Origin: the human T2T-CHM13v2.0 reference genome, Homo sapiens
DNA length: 64,000 bases
Reading direction: 5' to 3' (one strand)
Assembly: GCF_009914755.1 (NCBI RefSeq)
Contig: NC_060938.1
A program made the position numbers and the translations under genes. The notes below the pieces were generated by a model, which saw only the letters and a program-made list of their open reading frames with translations, searched no databases and was not told the DNA's origin. Shown here piece after piece: positions 1 to 13,791 of the stretch; the first letter of the stretch is position 1; every line of letters starts with the position of its first letter.

Positions 1-428
1 CTCCCAACACTTGAGTTCACTGCAATAGCAATAGGAGTACAGAATGTATTACAGTTAATTGTATGCAGTTTTGATTTAATACTGCATCTTTATGCTTGGT
101 TGTATTTCCCTTAACTGTGAATGGTGCCATGTAAAGTCTGGGAGTGTTTATATGCCTAAGATTTGATAGATTTTAATGTTTTATAATAGATTTGTGCATA
201 TTTTATGGTAGTAAATGATAAAATACACTAGTATTTACATATATTTATGCATTCATGGCATAATTGTTTTCTTGTTTTTTTTGATATTTCTAGATTATGG
301 GTTTGTCTGCAAGGTTTTTTTCAAATTGGCACAAATTTCCAAAAAGGTTTCTGAAATATTTATTGAAAAAAAATCCACATATCATTGGAGCCACACCAAT
401 CAAACCTGTGTTGTTCAAGGGTCAACTG
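1..428 (-). mobile_element. Tigger2-family DNA transposon fragment (runs off window start)
   Basis: Minus strand begins CAGTTGACCCTTGAACAACACAGGTTTG, the Tigger2-type terminus, flanked by TA at 429-430. Confidence 0.75.
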
Positions 429-2879
429 TATTCTCTAAAGTCTCAATTCATGAACTCAATGCTTTCATTTGCAGTAGTTTATCTACTTTGTAAAATATAT
501 CTTTTTGAGGAAATAAACATGTATACTTAAATTCATCTCACCAATATGGCGCACCTGCAAGTATAATCGTTGTTTTCTTTATTTTCTGCCCTGATGGTTA
601 TTTTGTTATCCAGAAGTTTCTTGGACCTGTGATCATTTTCACAGTAAAGTAATGTGATCATTTATGGGTTTTCAGGTATCCATTTTGTTAATCTAACTGA
701 AATCTTTAAAAACATTTAGAAAGCTGCATTCTACATATTTACAGTCAGATCACCTTGAAAAAGTCAACTTTGATAATATTTTAGCCTTGAAGACAATCTA
801 TTATTGATTAGTTATAGAAAGCAAAAATCAGTTGTGATATGCACATGGTAATCAGTAATTCTGTACTGTGTTTCTCTGATATTTTCTTTTGAATTCTCTT
901 TCATTTTTTATATTATTGGAATTGCTCTGGAAATGTTTATACATATTTTAAATAATGGCAATAGGACACTATGACACTAAAGAATATTATAATCAAACAG
1001 TAGAAAGATATTTCCTATTTATTGTATTAATATTCATCTGAAATAGTAAAAGTCTTCATACTAAGAAATTCACTCCTATCCTGAAGCTTATCATAGTCCA
1101 GTCAACAGGATACTTACTCTTTGACTACAAGTCTTGTAAAGGTTTCAGCCAAAAATCAATACTTGACTATCAGAAGTAAAATAACTATACTTTATTTGCC
1201 CCTTGTTATACTAAAGTTTTCTTTTACATTTCAGTAGATAATTTTAGTGTTTGCTATTACAGTAATTGCTTGACAAATTTTATACTGACATGAATAAATA
1301 GCAGGAGCTTAGTACTTTGTTGTTTTAGTTTTTATTAGAACATGAAGTTACCTTTTATGGTCACCTCCGACCAGAGTAGCTATATTTCCATGGAATATCA
1401 GGAAAATGTCAAAATCAACAAAATTTGTACTAACAGCCATGTCTCAGATTCAATGACAGGGCTCTAATGTTTAGTTGGGCATTTTAGAAATAAACATGGC
1501 CACGTGTTGTAATCCCTACCTGTAAACATGTATAGTGGTTGTAAAGCTGGGAATATTATCTTGTCCAGAAGCAATTTGTATCTGGATACAGAAGGTGGAT
1601 CTTTACTAAACTTGGAAAAGCAGTTCAAGTGACCAAATAAAAAAAATAAATAAATAAACCTGCCAAGTAATTTCTTGAGGGCTTGCTTTTATTTTATTTT
1701 TTATATTTTGGGTACCCGAACAGAAATTTTGTACATGCTTTCTGTTAAAATTAAAATAATTTCATTTCTGGAGATGACTTAAACTTCTTTATAAAAGATG
1801 TCCATAATAATTACAACTTGAAAAATAGTGTATAAAACTAGTAGAATTCTTGTGTTTGTTTTTTTCTTTTGATTTTCCTTATATGGATATCTTGGAAACT
1901 AAATAAGGCAGTGATCTTTGTTCTCATATTGTAATGTGTAAATATTTCAGAATCTAGATATTTAAATAGCATCTAATAATAGATCAGAATAAATTATCTC
2001 ACCTTAGCTATATTTATAATTGAAAGAAAAGTGGTAAATTTGTTAATTGCTTTATAAGTGAGGTTTAAAGTCTTTGCTCCTAGAATTAACCATCAACAAC
2101 CACAATGGTAGATTGAAGATTTATTTTGACCTGAAAGATCTGAATATTTGGCTAATTTTTATTTAAATTACAAATGTAGATGAACCAGTATGATATGATC
2201 TGTTCTGCTTTTTGTCCTGAGAACATACCCACCTCTGTTAATTACCCAAACTTTGAAAGCACTCATCACTTGAGCCCAACAATTCATATTGTTAAAAGTT
2301 CTGGGAAACGGCCAACTGCTCCACAAAGCTTTCATTACTCATAAACTATTTACCTTTCTCTTCTCTAAAAGTTAGTACTCAATTATATAATGGCTTTTGT
2401 TATTTACCAATTATTACACCTAGTGGAACTGATTTCAGCCAAATAGTAGCATAGTAAATGCTTCCTAAATTTTCTGTATTCCCCACTTTAATAAACATGT
2501 TAGCAAACAAATATCTGCAGAATAATTGATACTTCCTTTATGAAAAAGATTCGACTAGCACTTTTAAACAATAATTTTGTTTTTAGGATTTTTGTTTACT
2601 ATTGTTTTAAAAATATGAGATATGGAATTATAATAATTGAGATAGTATAGCTGGAGAGAAGGAAAAAATATATAAAGTGTACATTGTTGGTGAAAGCCTA
2701 TGCAGGGAACAGAGAAATTTAATGATTAAGTAGAAGATCATTGTAATTATATAATGTTTAAAGAAAATAGTGATTTTGAAAAAAGTTGAATAAAAATATT
2801 ATTGTAATAATTGAAAATTGAGCAGAGAGCGTTTAATTTTGTACAAAAGCCCCTGATAGTGCCACATTTTTCCCAAGGT

Positions 2880-3250
2880 GTTTACCTATATCCAAGTGCC
2901 CTGTTTTTGTTTTTCTTTGGCATGTTGGCAGGCTAAACTTTCTAGCTTCCCTTGAAGATAGAAGGATGTTGTAATTAATTTAAGCCAAGCATTGTGAATG
3001 GAAATGAAGTACATTATTTTCAGGATACGGCACTGTGTGCTAATGGGCTGCCCACTCCTTCCTGAAACTACAAACTTGGAGGTCATGTGTTGAGATGGCA
3101 AGAACAAGATGGAGGCAACTTGGATCCTAGAGGAACAAGATTGAGGAGAATGTGCCCCTTTCCTCCTACCAGCCCATGTTTAATTGGGCATAAGTGAGTA
3201 ATAGATTTCTTTTGTGAAAAGTCAATGAGCATTGAAGATTTGTCTGTAAT
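2880..3250. mobile_element. Old ERVL-type LTR fragment (LTR16-like)
   Basis: Degenerate motifs such as tctagcttcccttgaagatag and gaggtcatgtgttgagatggc; family uncertain. Confidence 0.35.
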
Positions 3251-4059
3251 GCAACTGGTAATTATCTTTTGTCTTTAGGCTTGCAAAAATAAAACTTCCA
3301 TGATGATTCCTGTTAAGTAAAATTTCCCAACACTTAAAACAGTAATACAAAGACATGTCAACATTCTTGTTCATATTTTTGCTAAATAATTATCTTTTCA
3401 AATAGTTATTTAAAAATACAATTAATTTGGTTAACCTGAAACTAAATTTCATTAACTTAAAAGAAACATAACTGTTTTCCATTTGACTACCTACATCACT
3501 ATTTATAAAATTACATCTTTATTTGTAAAGGAGAAAGAAAAATGAAGTAGTTTCTAATATTTCATTTTAAATTCTCTTTTCCAAAATCCTTTAAATACTG
3601 GATTCTGTAATAGTACAAACACACAAAAAAATGCAATCCTTTTACCGGTTCTGCCGGGAAAGGGCTAACCTAAAAGAGCTAACAGAGATTTAGCCAAAAA
3701 CTTTAATATAGATTATGTATCTAGAAATATGTATCTTTTATATATTGTGGATAATATTATATATTTTAGTCCAACACATACTACATATATTAATGAATAC
3801 ACTGAAGAAGAATTTATGCTTTCTTCCTGAAGTTGCTTTTGTCAAGTCATCAAACTTCCTCCTAATTGCCATAAGACACTGACAGTGTTTACTGTATTTC
3901 CCTTTCTTCCACACAGCTAGCTGGAAAGTCTTCCTTCCTTTCTCTCCGTTTTGGAGAAAACTCTACTCTTTCTTCAAAAACTATTTCAAATGTCAGCTCC
4001 TCTGTAAAGCCTCCTTGATATGTACGTCCTTGGTAGTGGCTCTTCCTTTATTCAGCATT

Positions 4060-4450
4060 AACTTAACAAACAGGTCATTAAGCACTAACCGTGTACTTGA
4101 TTGGATATGAAGGACACAGCAATGAATAAAATTGCACAGAGCCCTTCCTCTCATTGACTAGCATGGAGGGATATAGGAGATACATAAACAACTAAATAAC
4201 TATTTCAGGTGGTAATAAATATTATGAAGAAAGAGGAATCAGAGTAGAATATGGAGCATGCCAGGTAGAAAGGAACATTTTTTATAGAAGGAGAATAAGT
4301 AAAGGTTAACTCACAGATGAATTTGATCACAGATCTAAAGGAAGTAAGGTTAACAGTCATGTGTATATTTCAGAAAAAGAAATATGGATGGAGACCACAT
4401 GAAAATTGAAGGCAAGAGGATGTATGGTGTCTTCAAGAATACCAAAGAAA
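4060..4450. mobile_element. L2 LINE fragment
   Basis: L2 3'-type motifs: acaaacaggtcattaagcactaac...gacacagcaatgaataaa...cccttcctctca. Confidence 0.5.
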
Positions 4451-4744
4451 TCGTTAAGTTTTTAATATCTGTATTTATTATGCTATATAGAATTCACACA
4501 AGTTTCTATACTTTGAGCAAATAAGAGCTGAAAAGTTTCTCTGTGTCTTAATTTTTTTCCCTGGAGCGATATAATTAAAGCCAAATATCATCCTACACAC
4601 TGTAAAGAAGAAACACCAAAAAGAAAAAAAGAAAGAAAAAAAGAATCTGGATGGTGTTAATAGGGGAGAAAAAAGCATCAGGACCTCTTTCTTTTACTTT
4701 TGTTATTTGGTACACAGGATGCCCTGATCCAGTACTTTGAGAGA

Positions 4745-5090
4745 AGGCTTTGTGTGGTATACATTTTCATTTCTTTTGGATAATTAACAAAAGATAGGAT
4801 TTCTGGGTCATATGACAACATCAGGTTTATTTAACCTTTCCATTAACTGTCAGACACTTCCAGTGGGACTGCATCATATACCCATTTCTGTCAGCCATGT
4901 AAGAAGGTTCCTTTTCCTCATAGCCTCATCAAAGTTTACTGTCTCCTGACATGTACAGTATAGCCTTTCTAGTAGGTAGGTATAACATGGTATCTTAATG
5001 TGGTTTTAATTTGCATTTTTCTAGTGACTAATGATTTGAGAATCTTTAAATGTGCTTATCAGATATTCATTTATCTTCTGTGGGTAAACG
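4745..5090 (-). mobile_element. Old L1 (L1M) fragment
   Basis: Antisense L1 motifs: ttttcatttcttttggata, ggtatcttaatgtggttttaatttgcatttttctagtgactaatgat. Confidence 0.7.
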
Positions 5091-5555
5091 TACTTTCTTG
5101 GCTTGTTATAGGTGTATTCATATTTAATCAGTCATAATTTAACCTCCAGTTTGGTCAATTAGCTAAAGTCCTACTTATTTAAGCAAACTGGCTCTGAAAG
5201 TCCTAACAGTTAAGAAACATACAAAGAATGAAAGGTAATTACTCTATAGTCACATAGAGATTAACATAGCTGCATAGAATTGGTAAGAAGAAAACTAAAC
5301 TTTTAGGAGGTGATATCATAGAAATTTAATGATGAGCCTTGAAGCTGTTTTATGAGCTTTGATTTTTACTGTGAATAACACAAAAATGCATTGAAGAGTT
5401 TAAAACAGAGGAGTGATGTGATCAAACTTAAATTTTACAGTTTATATATGTTTTACACATATATATTTTTAAAAATATATATTCATTAGTTGTTGCTCAA
5501 GTACAAGACATAATTTACTTTTTATATTAAATTTTATAATAATGATTATAATAAT

Positions 5556-6729
5556 AACTGGATTGTGATAATGGTGGAAGAGATATGCTGCTTTTTGTAA
5601 TATCTTAGACAGCTGAAAGCTAGGAATGAAATGGTAACTAAAAGGGCTACAGAACTCAGTAACTGTTGCAATGTGCCATAGATTCCTTAAAGAAAAATAA
5701 TGACAAACTTATATTTATTAACCACTAATGCAAGGTCAAACGTTAAAGCCAGAGGACTTCCTGGACAGCATTTATAGAAATCCGAATCTTGACTGGCTAA
5801 ATCTGAAGTTGAGAGTTAGAACAAAACTCAAGACTTAATCATAAAGACAGAGAGTTTTATCACTTAGAGATCTAGCAGATAAATTACTTAAGGTCGTCTG
5901 AGTCTTCTATAACAAAATATTTAAGGTGTTGTTATGTATACTTACGTTGCCAACAATTTTATCCACTGAATTACTTACCATCAATATTGGATTTCTATCA
6001 TATCCTTTTAGGGTCTTTTTCCTTCTGATAGAAGTACACCTTTTCTATGGTTTGAATGTATGTGTTCTCCAAAATTCATATGTCGAAACCAAGGTGATGG
6101 TATCAGAAGGTGAGGCCTCTGGGAGGTGATTAGGTCAAGAGGGCTCCACGCTCTTGTATTAGATTAACACTCCTGTAAAAGATACCTCAGAAAGCTGCCT
6201 CCCTCTCTTACTCTTTCCCATGTGAAGACAAAATGTTCATCCCTTCTGCCATGTGAGGATGCAGCAAGAAGGCCCTTACTGATACCAAATCTGCTGGCAC
6301 CTTGATCTCAGCTTCCTAGTTTCCAGAACTGTGAGAATTGCCAAGTATAAAATATTTTGTTATAGCATCAGGAACAGGTGAATACAGCCTTAAGTAGTTT
6401 ATCTGCTAGATCTCTAAGTGATAAAACTCTCTGTCTTTATGATTAAGTCTTGAGCTTGGTTCTCACGCTGTCTGACGTTCAGATACAGCTAGAAAAGAAT
6501 AGGGTTTCCATAAATGCTGTCCAGGAAGTCCTCTAGTTTTAACATTTGACCTTGTGTTAGTGGTTAATAAATATAAGTTTGCAATTATCTTTCTTTAATG
6601 AATCTATAGCTGACTGCAACAGTTGCTGAGTTCTATAACCCTTTGAGTTACCATTTCATTCCTACCTTTCAACTGTCTAAGATATTACACAAAGCAACAT
6701 ATCCCCTCCACTATTATCACATTCCAGTT
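5556..6729. repeat. Long inverted repeat, arms ~5556-5893 and ~6388-6729, spacer ~495 bp
   Basis: The reverse complement of the right arm aligns along the whole left arm; 5827-5883 is a perfect match. Confidence 0.95.
6043..6386 (+). mobile_element. MaLR solo LTR (MST/MLT1A-like)
   Basis: Starts ctatggtttgaatgtatgtg...ccaaaattcatatg, contains gggaggtgattaggtca and ccagaactgtgaga, ends aataca. Approximate TSD ACCTT/GCCTT. Confidence 0.8.
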
Positions 6730-7199
6730 CACTACTAATGGAAGTTTTAACAATTGCACTGCTACATTATGCCAGGACCTATTCATACTCTAATTACCGA
6801 GAGCGATGGGTACTTCAATCGACAGCAAGCCAGTAAGTGACTGATCTCCAAAACCCCATCTATGAATCTGCTTTTAAGGTCCACTACTGATAACAAACCT
6901 CTTAAATTTGGCTTCATGATTATAGACTCTGAATAAATTATTATAGACTCTGAAGAAAAGAGTTTTGTGTAGAAGTTTTACTAGTAAATACTCTTGGGTG
7001 ATAACCTGTAACAAAGAGAAAAAGGCAGGATTAATCAGAGAGAGAAGACAAACTACTGTGCCTAATGAAAACATCCAAAGAAATCAAGGCTGAATAGTCA
7101 GGAGAGTAGTCACCTTGATAAAAAAGTCATGATCTCTTGCTCAGTTTCTGGACCCCTGGAGCCTCTTAGGTTTTAAGCGTTCCATTCACCTCAGAGGTG

Positions 7200-7555
7200 C
7201 TGGTTATCTTAGTTTCAGAGGGATTACAACTTCATGCCTTACTGAGAATTGCTTGATCCATAAAAAATAGCCCATTCAAGTTTCCACCCCCTTTCAGGCA
7301 GTGGCTCACAGTTAATGACTAACTGATGAAGGAATATAACACATGTTCTCTTTGCCTTAATTTGGGGCCACATTGTTATTCCAGCTCCAAAACTTGACAG
7401 CAGACTGGCTGAAGCCTCAGTTGCAACTACATTGAAGATTGGTGTTTTCCTTTGCTCAATCCTATTTCTCCAATCATTATTATTTTTGGATGTGTATCTC
7501 AAAGAACATTCCACAATAAACTTTCTGTTTGCAATTCTCCAACTCAGAATCTATA
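7200..7555 (+). mobile_element. Old ERVL LTR fragment (LTR33/LTR41-like)
   Basis: Ends caataaactttctgtttgcaattctccaactcagaatct, typical of the 3' end of this LTR group. Confidence 0.4.
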
Positions 7556-8450
7556 CAAAGAAAGTTCAATATAAAATAGGTGGTATATTAAAATAGAATG
7601 CAGGATGCATTATTCTGGACAATTTAAAGACAAAGGACGAAACAGCAACAGCTATCAGTTTCTAGTTCTGAAAAATCTGTAGCATTGAGCTTCTTTGGTA
7701 CACAGGGTGCTTTGATCCACCACACAAGTCTGGTTTTCACTCATCTCTCTTCCTACTTTAATATCTATCATTTCCTTCTTGGTTCAGGAGCCATTCTGCA
7801 TTTCCTTAACACCTCAAGTCTCATTTTAAAATTAGGGTATAGCATGAAAATTAAGGATAGAAACTTTAGACTTTTTATCATTTTCATTGTAACACTGTAT
7901 ATTTTAAGATGAATTCACTCTAATGTTTTTGATACTGAATATCAAGCAGGACAACTGTGGCTGTAATTGAGATCTGTGTCTAAGAAATTTATAGAATAGT
8001 AAATCTTCCAGAGAATTAGTTATCAAGCATTGTATATCATAATGTGCTCTCAGAAACTCTAGGGAAAATGGTCTGAGTAGGTGCAGGGATCCTGTAGGAA
8101 AATGCTGAATCTTCCCTCCTTATGCCTTTCTTGATAATTATTTAACTTATTATTTTAAATCTTTTGGTGGCAAGAAGAGGTTAATTAGGAAGGAATTAGA
8201 AAATATATTGTAATATTGTTCAGGTAGTAATACCTACACACTTCTGGGAATGTTCATACCTCTAAGCTTGGCTTGATGTTTTGCAGTATGCTCACATACT
8301 GCTGGCAGGCATTTTGAGGTCAATAAAGTTTTTAATTTTTATGCCAGATTGATTTTGGTCTTTTGTAAGTTATCTCAGGATTTGTAGGAAGTTACAGGTA
8401 GACCACAGTTATAAGGTATGTGAAGGAGGAACAGAAAAGGCAAAGAAAGG

Positions 8451-8466
8451 TCTTTCTTTCCTTTCT

Positions 8467-8534
<68 letters not shown>

Positions 8535-8584
8535 TTCTTTCTTTCCTTTCTCTCTCTCTCTCTCTCTCTTTCTTTTCTTTCTTT
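8451..8584. repeat. (TTTC)n/(TC)n microsatellite derived from an Alu tail
   Basis: Direct inspection; abuts the antisense Alu. Confidence 0.95.
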
Positions 8585-8867
8585 TGAGAGGGAGTCTTGC
8601 TCTATTGCCTAGGCTGAAATGCAGTGGCGTGATCTCAGCTCACTGCAACCTCCACCTCCTGGGTTCAAGTGCTTCTCCTGCCTCAGCCTCCTGAGTAGCT
8701 GAGATTACAGGTGCCCACCACCACATCTGGCTAATTTTTGTATTTTTAGTAGAGACGGGGTTTCACCATGTTGGTTAGGCTGGTTTCGAACTCCTGACTT
8801 CAGGTGATCCACCTGCCTTGGCTTTCCAAAGTTCTGAGATTACAGGCAGGAGCCACCATGCCCGGCC
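8581..8867 (-). mobile_element. AluS
   Basis: Full dimeric Alu in antisense; approximate TSD AGGTCTT at 8448 and 8869. Confidence 0.95.
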
Positions 8868-9269
8868 TAGGTCTTACATTTCTAATACCCTCATCTTTGT
8901 GTGTATTTAACAAGTATAAAATATCCACAAGATGCAATGTTTACATAAATTTAAAATAAGCAAAACAAACAAAAACTTTGAATATAATAAGCTATTACTT
9001 TAGAGTTTTGCAATAAATATGCAGTTTTCTAGGCCATGGATGGGATTTTGTTGTTCATGATGATGATATTGTATATTATGTGTGTATGTGCGTGTGTGTT
9101 TTATAAAGAAAAAAAATCACACAGTTTACTTGAAATAGTAAAACAAGGTAAATCAATACCATTTTCTACTTGCTTGGCAGAAATTCTCACTAATCTTAAA
9201 AAAGTTAACTATTTAGAAGGTTAATTTAAGGTCTTGTACTATTTTAGAAGTCAACATAGTAAAGTGAAG

Positions 9270-9410
9270 AAGGTTGATTAGAAATCAGGAACTCTCTATT
9301 TTAGCTTCTACTTTGATACTAACTAGTTGTGTAACCCTGGGCAAATCACTTAACCTCTAAGATCTGTCTTCTCATGTGTAAAATGAGAAGGTTGAACTAC
9401 ATGATCTCTG
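9270..9410 (+). mobile_element. MIR
   Basis: MIR core gtgtaaccctgggcaaatcacttaacctct...tgtaaaatgag. Confidence 0.7.
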
Positions 9411-12400
9411 ACAGTGCTCAACTAAACCGGCAACTAAATCAAAATATAGAGAAGTTGATTGAAATAGCAGCACATACAAACATATAAACTAGTGTTGAAG
9501 AACAGAAATAGGGAATTAGAGCAGTTGATTTATATTTACAGGTTTCTTCTAATCCTTAATGTTGACTGCAGGCCACACCTAGTAATTTTTTCATATGGGA
9601 TGATTCTGCAAAAATAAATAAAATACCATTTCTTTTGTATATCATTTTGTGAAATTAGCATAACAATATTCTACGAATATTTATTTTATGTACATTTGCC
9701 TCACAAACTTAAAGTGCATTCCTCCCATGACTGTCTTCTGTTTATTTCTAATATTTCACTAATAAAGTATGTGTTTTAATGTGGAAAAGTGAAAAATACC
9801 AATATGTTGCTATCAGTGGCAGCAGGTAACCAAATAGCAATGTTTGTCTTTATTAGAACCAAGAGGTAAATTTTCTACATTTAATCCATCCCTGGAGCCA
9901 TGTGTTAAAAACTTCCATTACCCCAACTGTTATTAATAAGCAGAAAAATTGGGATAAAATAAATGGGTACACTACAAGTTAGATTTTCTACTCAAGTAGG
10001 GAGTCACCAAAAGTGGGTAACAACATCCCACATGTTTGATTAAAAACTAGACAGGATTTCTCCCTAGGTGAGACTGAAGTGTCTCCTATGATGCTAAAGG
10101 AGTATTACAAAAACATTCCGAGATTTTAGGACTATCTCACTTTTGCTGCTTCATATGATAGCTTAAATCAGGCATGCAGATCCTCTTGGTTGTATAGTTG
10201 CTAACAAATTGTTTGCCAGTGGTAATTTCCTTCCACTTAACAGAGATTAATGTATCTCATCTCAATCAGCAACGTTACAATTTCCTTTATAGCCACATGT
10301 TTTTGTTTATCTCACTATATGGAATGCTGTCTATTACATACTTAGATACTTCCTCCATTAGAAAGTTGAATGTCTTAAATTATAATAATAATAAAAAGGG
10401 AAAGTTGAATTTCTTAAACTAATCTTTCTCTATTATAATGTAGAATGAATTTTACTCAGTTCTATCAGGATTAATTTTTTTTTCCCCTTACCAAGTAACT
10501 GGCAAAGCAACTCAATGACAAAATGCTACCCTTGAGCTAACCTGTCAACCCAGTTAGAATAAAGGCACAGAGAAATGTAAAGGAGAAATACATAAATACT
10601 AAAGCTTTAGTGCGAGAACCTTGTAGAAGAACAGAAAAAAATAAATAAAAATGTTCTTCTGATGGCACACTTTTTATTAACTGTATAAAACATATTTAAA
10701 GTAAACAAATGTTAATACAAAGTTTTACAAATTAAAAATAATAAAATCAGAAATTTTAAAAGGACATACGGGAGCAATGCATAAAGAAAGAAATTTAAAT
10801 GGCTAACAATGTATGAAGACACTTTGAAGCTCACTAATAAACCAAGAAATAAAAATAAAAATGTTAGTGAGCCACCACTCTTTAACGATGAAATTATAAA
10901 GAATTTTATAAGTAGTATCACTCAATGTTGGCAAAAATAGAAGAAAATGGAATATCTTATACATGTTGATTGGAGAATAAAGTAGAATAAGCTTTCTGTA
11001 ACACAGTTTCACAATAAATAGCAAAAGCTTTAAACTGTCTCCATACATCAATTTTTCTGGAAATTAACCTAATGGATTAACTACAGATTTGAGCAAAGAT
11101 TTAGTTTCAAGTATATTTATTAAAAACTAAAAGCAATGCAGGAAATAAGCTTTATGCACCAAAATGATGGTGACTTTAAAAACTCTTATAAAAAGATACA
11201 GATAGATAAATTTGCATATATATATCCATATTCTATGAAACTATTAAAACCATACTTATGTACTTATGAGATGTATATATATGTATATATATACATATAT
11301 ATAAAATCTATTCAGTGAAACAAGATTAAAGACTAGTATTCATGTCTGATTCATTTTTTTGTGAACTCCTGTGTCTAGCAGAGTGCTTTTCCCAAAGTAT
11401 AGAACATGCGTTTGTTGAATGAATGGGTGAATGCAACTATTGTAACTTTTAAATGAATTCTCCACCATCTATGTGGCATGCCTCTCTTATACCAGTGGAT
11501 GTCATGATATGTAAATTCCTTTCGCCAGTCATATTTCTCTTAACCTTCTTCTGGATAGTGTCTGGAATCTGTCACTGTGGGGAGCGTTTAAAACCTGCAT
11601 GAGATTTAACATCTTTAGTGTGTAGCTCCAATATTTCGTGTTCGCCAGTATGGATAAGCAATGTTATTTTCATATTTATACTTTCAAACGTAGCAGTTTT
11701 GAGCTTCCATCTGCCCTACATAACAAGAAATTAGGATTTTTAGCCCTATGTCAAACCTCTTAAAACCTTATTTTTTTCAAGGAACCCTACAGGGGTCTAG
11801 AGTGAGTTCTGGTCTTCCTTCCCATGAGCTAACAGAGCAAATTAAATCTATGCCATAGAAGGCAGAAAATCTGAGGCCACCGGCCAAATTGCAGATGTAT
11901 GAGAAACCAAGCAATTCTTGCTGTTATTGTCCCTGTTTCTCAAAACCTGTGAAGTATGAATTTGGTACCCTTCAGTTGATAGAAAATGAAGGTCACTGCT
12001 GGACACCAGTAGAGAGGTAGAAATATGACATAGCTCCTCCTATATCATATTTACTTGACAGGAAGTGAGAAGTTTCCAGGGGCATGGTTGGGGAGTGCAA
12101 GGCGAATGAAAGTAGTAAACTGAGTCTCCACATTAATTTTCTTGGAGCAGCTCTCTGAAGTTTGCCATCCCTGTAGTGAAATTGTTCTTGCTCTCAACAC
12201 TATTCCTAGCTGGGCCTCAAGCCCTGATACACAGTGGAGATAAAGTTTTCTAAATTCACGCATCCTGACAGTGTTGTTGCTTCAGCTGTTGAAATCAGAG
12301 GCTTTATCATCCATTTTAGCAGACACCATAATAATTCATGTAGGTATAACACGACCTCTGCCATTTTTTCAGTGGTCTCTGCTATTATAAGCTAGGGTTT

Positions 12401-13635
12401 CTTTGAAATGTGAGGAAGGATGCTCTTTCCTTCTCTATTTCATCACCCTAGATCTTCCAAGCCAAGAGTGACTTTCAGTTGCAAATGTAGGGTCATAACT
12501 TTTAGGCTTGCCTACAGAACCATCTCTCTCGGGCACCAGTCTGCATGCAGGATGGCTGGGGCAAGCAGGTATGAAACAGGTATCAATACTCCTTTGAGAC
12601 CTAATTTCAGAGTCCAGTCCTGGCTCTATTTCTTAACTTCATTGTAAAATATTTCTTGGGGGCCCAAATTGCCTTCCAGTAATCTGCTCTTGACCAGTCC
12701 ACTTCTGTGATTATGATTGTTTTTCAAAACAATCTAGCTCTGTGACCTAGCTTTGCTGTTGGAACACACAGTTGCCATTAGAGCTTGCCACAGTGACACT
12801 TATCTCCTCTTTTTAAATAACTGTTTGATTTCCCCTAAGCATCCACTGCATCCTCTAAACCCAAATATAACTTTAGTTAGTCCTCATAAATAGAAAAAAG
12901 TGTAAAAAAGTAAATTTTCCCAGCTTTTGCTTGTAGCTTCTTGGTAAAGAAAATTGGCCAGAAGCTTGTAATATGAACTTTGTATTTATCCCCCTCTACA
13001 AGTTTCTATCATTAATACATGTCAACATTTAAAATTCTAACCAAATGGCAGGAGGTAATAACTGACTTCTAAAGCTACTAATATAATTCTCTGCTTCTTT
13101 ATAAATTCACATAAAAGACATAGAATTTTCATTACAAAAGGAATCTTAAGAAATTAATTGGTGGAGTGAACTTAGTTTAAAAATAGAAAAGGAGGTGCAT
13201 GTCCAGTAATGGGTTACTAAAGGTCCTGTTAACTTATGAAGTCGGAGTTACAATACAGGTCTCTGTATTCTTTGTCAAAATATTTCCTCCTTTTCATTAA
13301 CCTAAAAAAGAGTTATGTATATTTTAATAATTGTACTTAATATATGTCATATTTTCATGTGGACTAGGATACTAGTATTCTAAAAGTTCCGTTAAAAGCA
13401 TCCCCTCATTTGTCATAAAAAAAAAAAAAAACATAAAAACAGCATGACTGTACAAGGAGTTTGGAAAAAAATTCTATTGTTTCAAAATCAGTGACTTCAC
13501 TGATGATCAGAGGAAAGTGTGTCATATAATTAATACTGGGATCAAAAAAGTTTATGTAATTACAAAAGTGATATAAAAATCATGGTTAGTTATTGTTTAG
13601 CAATAGTACTGAACTTTATATATATATAAAGTTCA

Positions 13636-13791
13636 TCGCCCACCACCACACCTGGCTAATTTTTTGTACTTTTAGTAGACACAGGGTTTCACTATGTTGG
13701 CCAGGCTGGTCTTGAACTCCTGACCTCATGATCCGCCTGCCTCGGCCTCCCAAAGTGCTGAGGTTACAGGCATGAGCCACTGTGCCCTGCC
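13636..13791 (-). mobile_element. Alu left monomer plus start of right monomer (3'-deleted)
   Basis: Antisense Alu 5' half; TGAACTT at both 13610-13616 and 13792-13798. Confidence 0.9.

Noticed and set aside
6919-6956. 21-bp tandem duplication; similar ones near 56110 and 60490
   Set aside because: Ordinary slippage duplications with no further structure.
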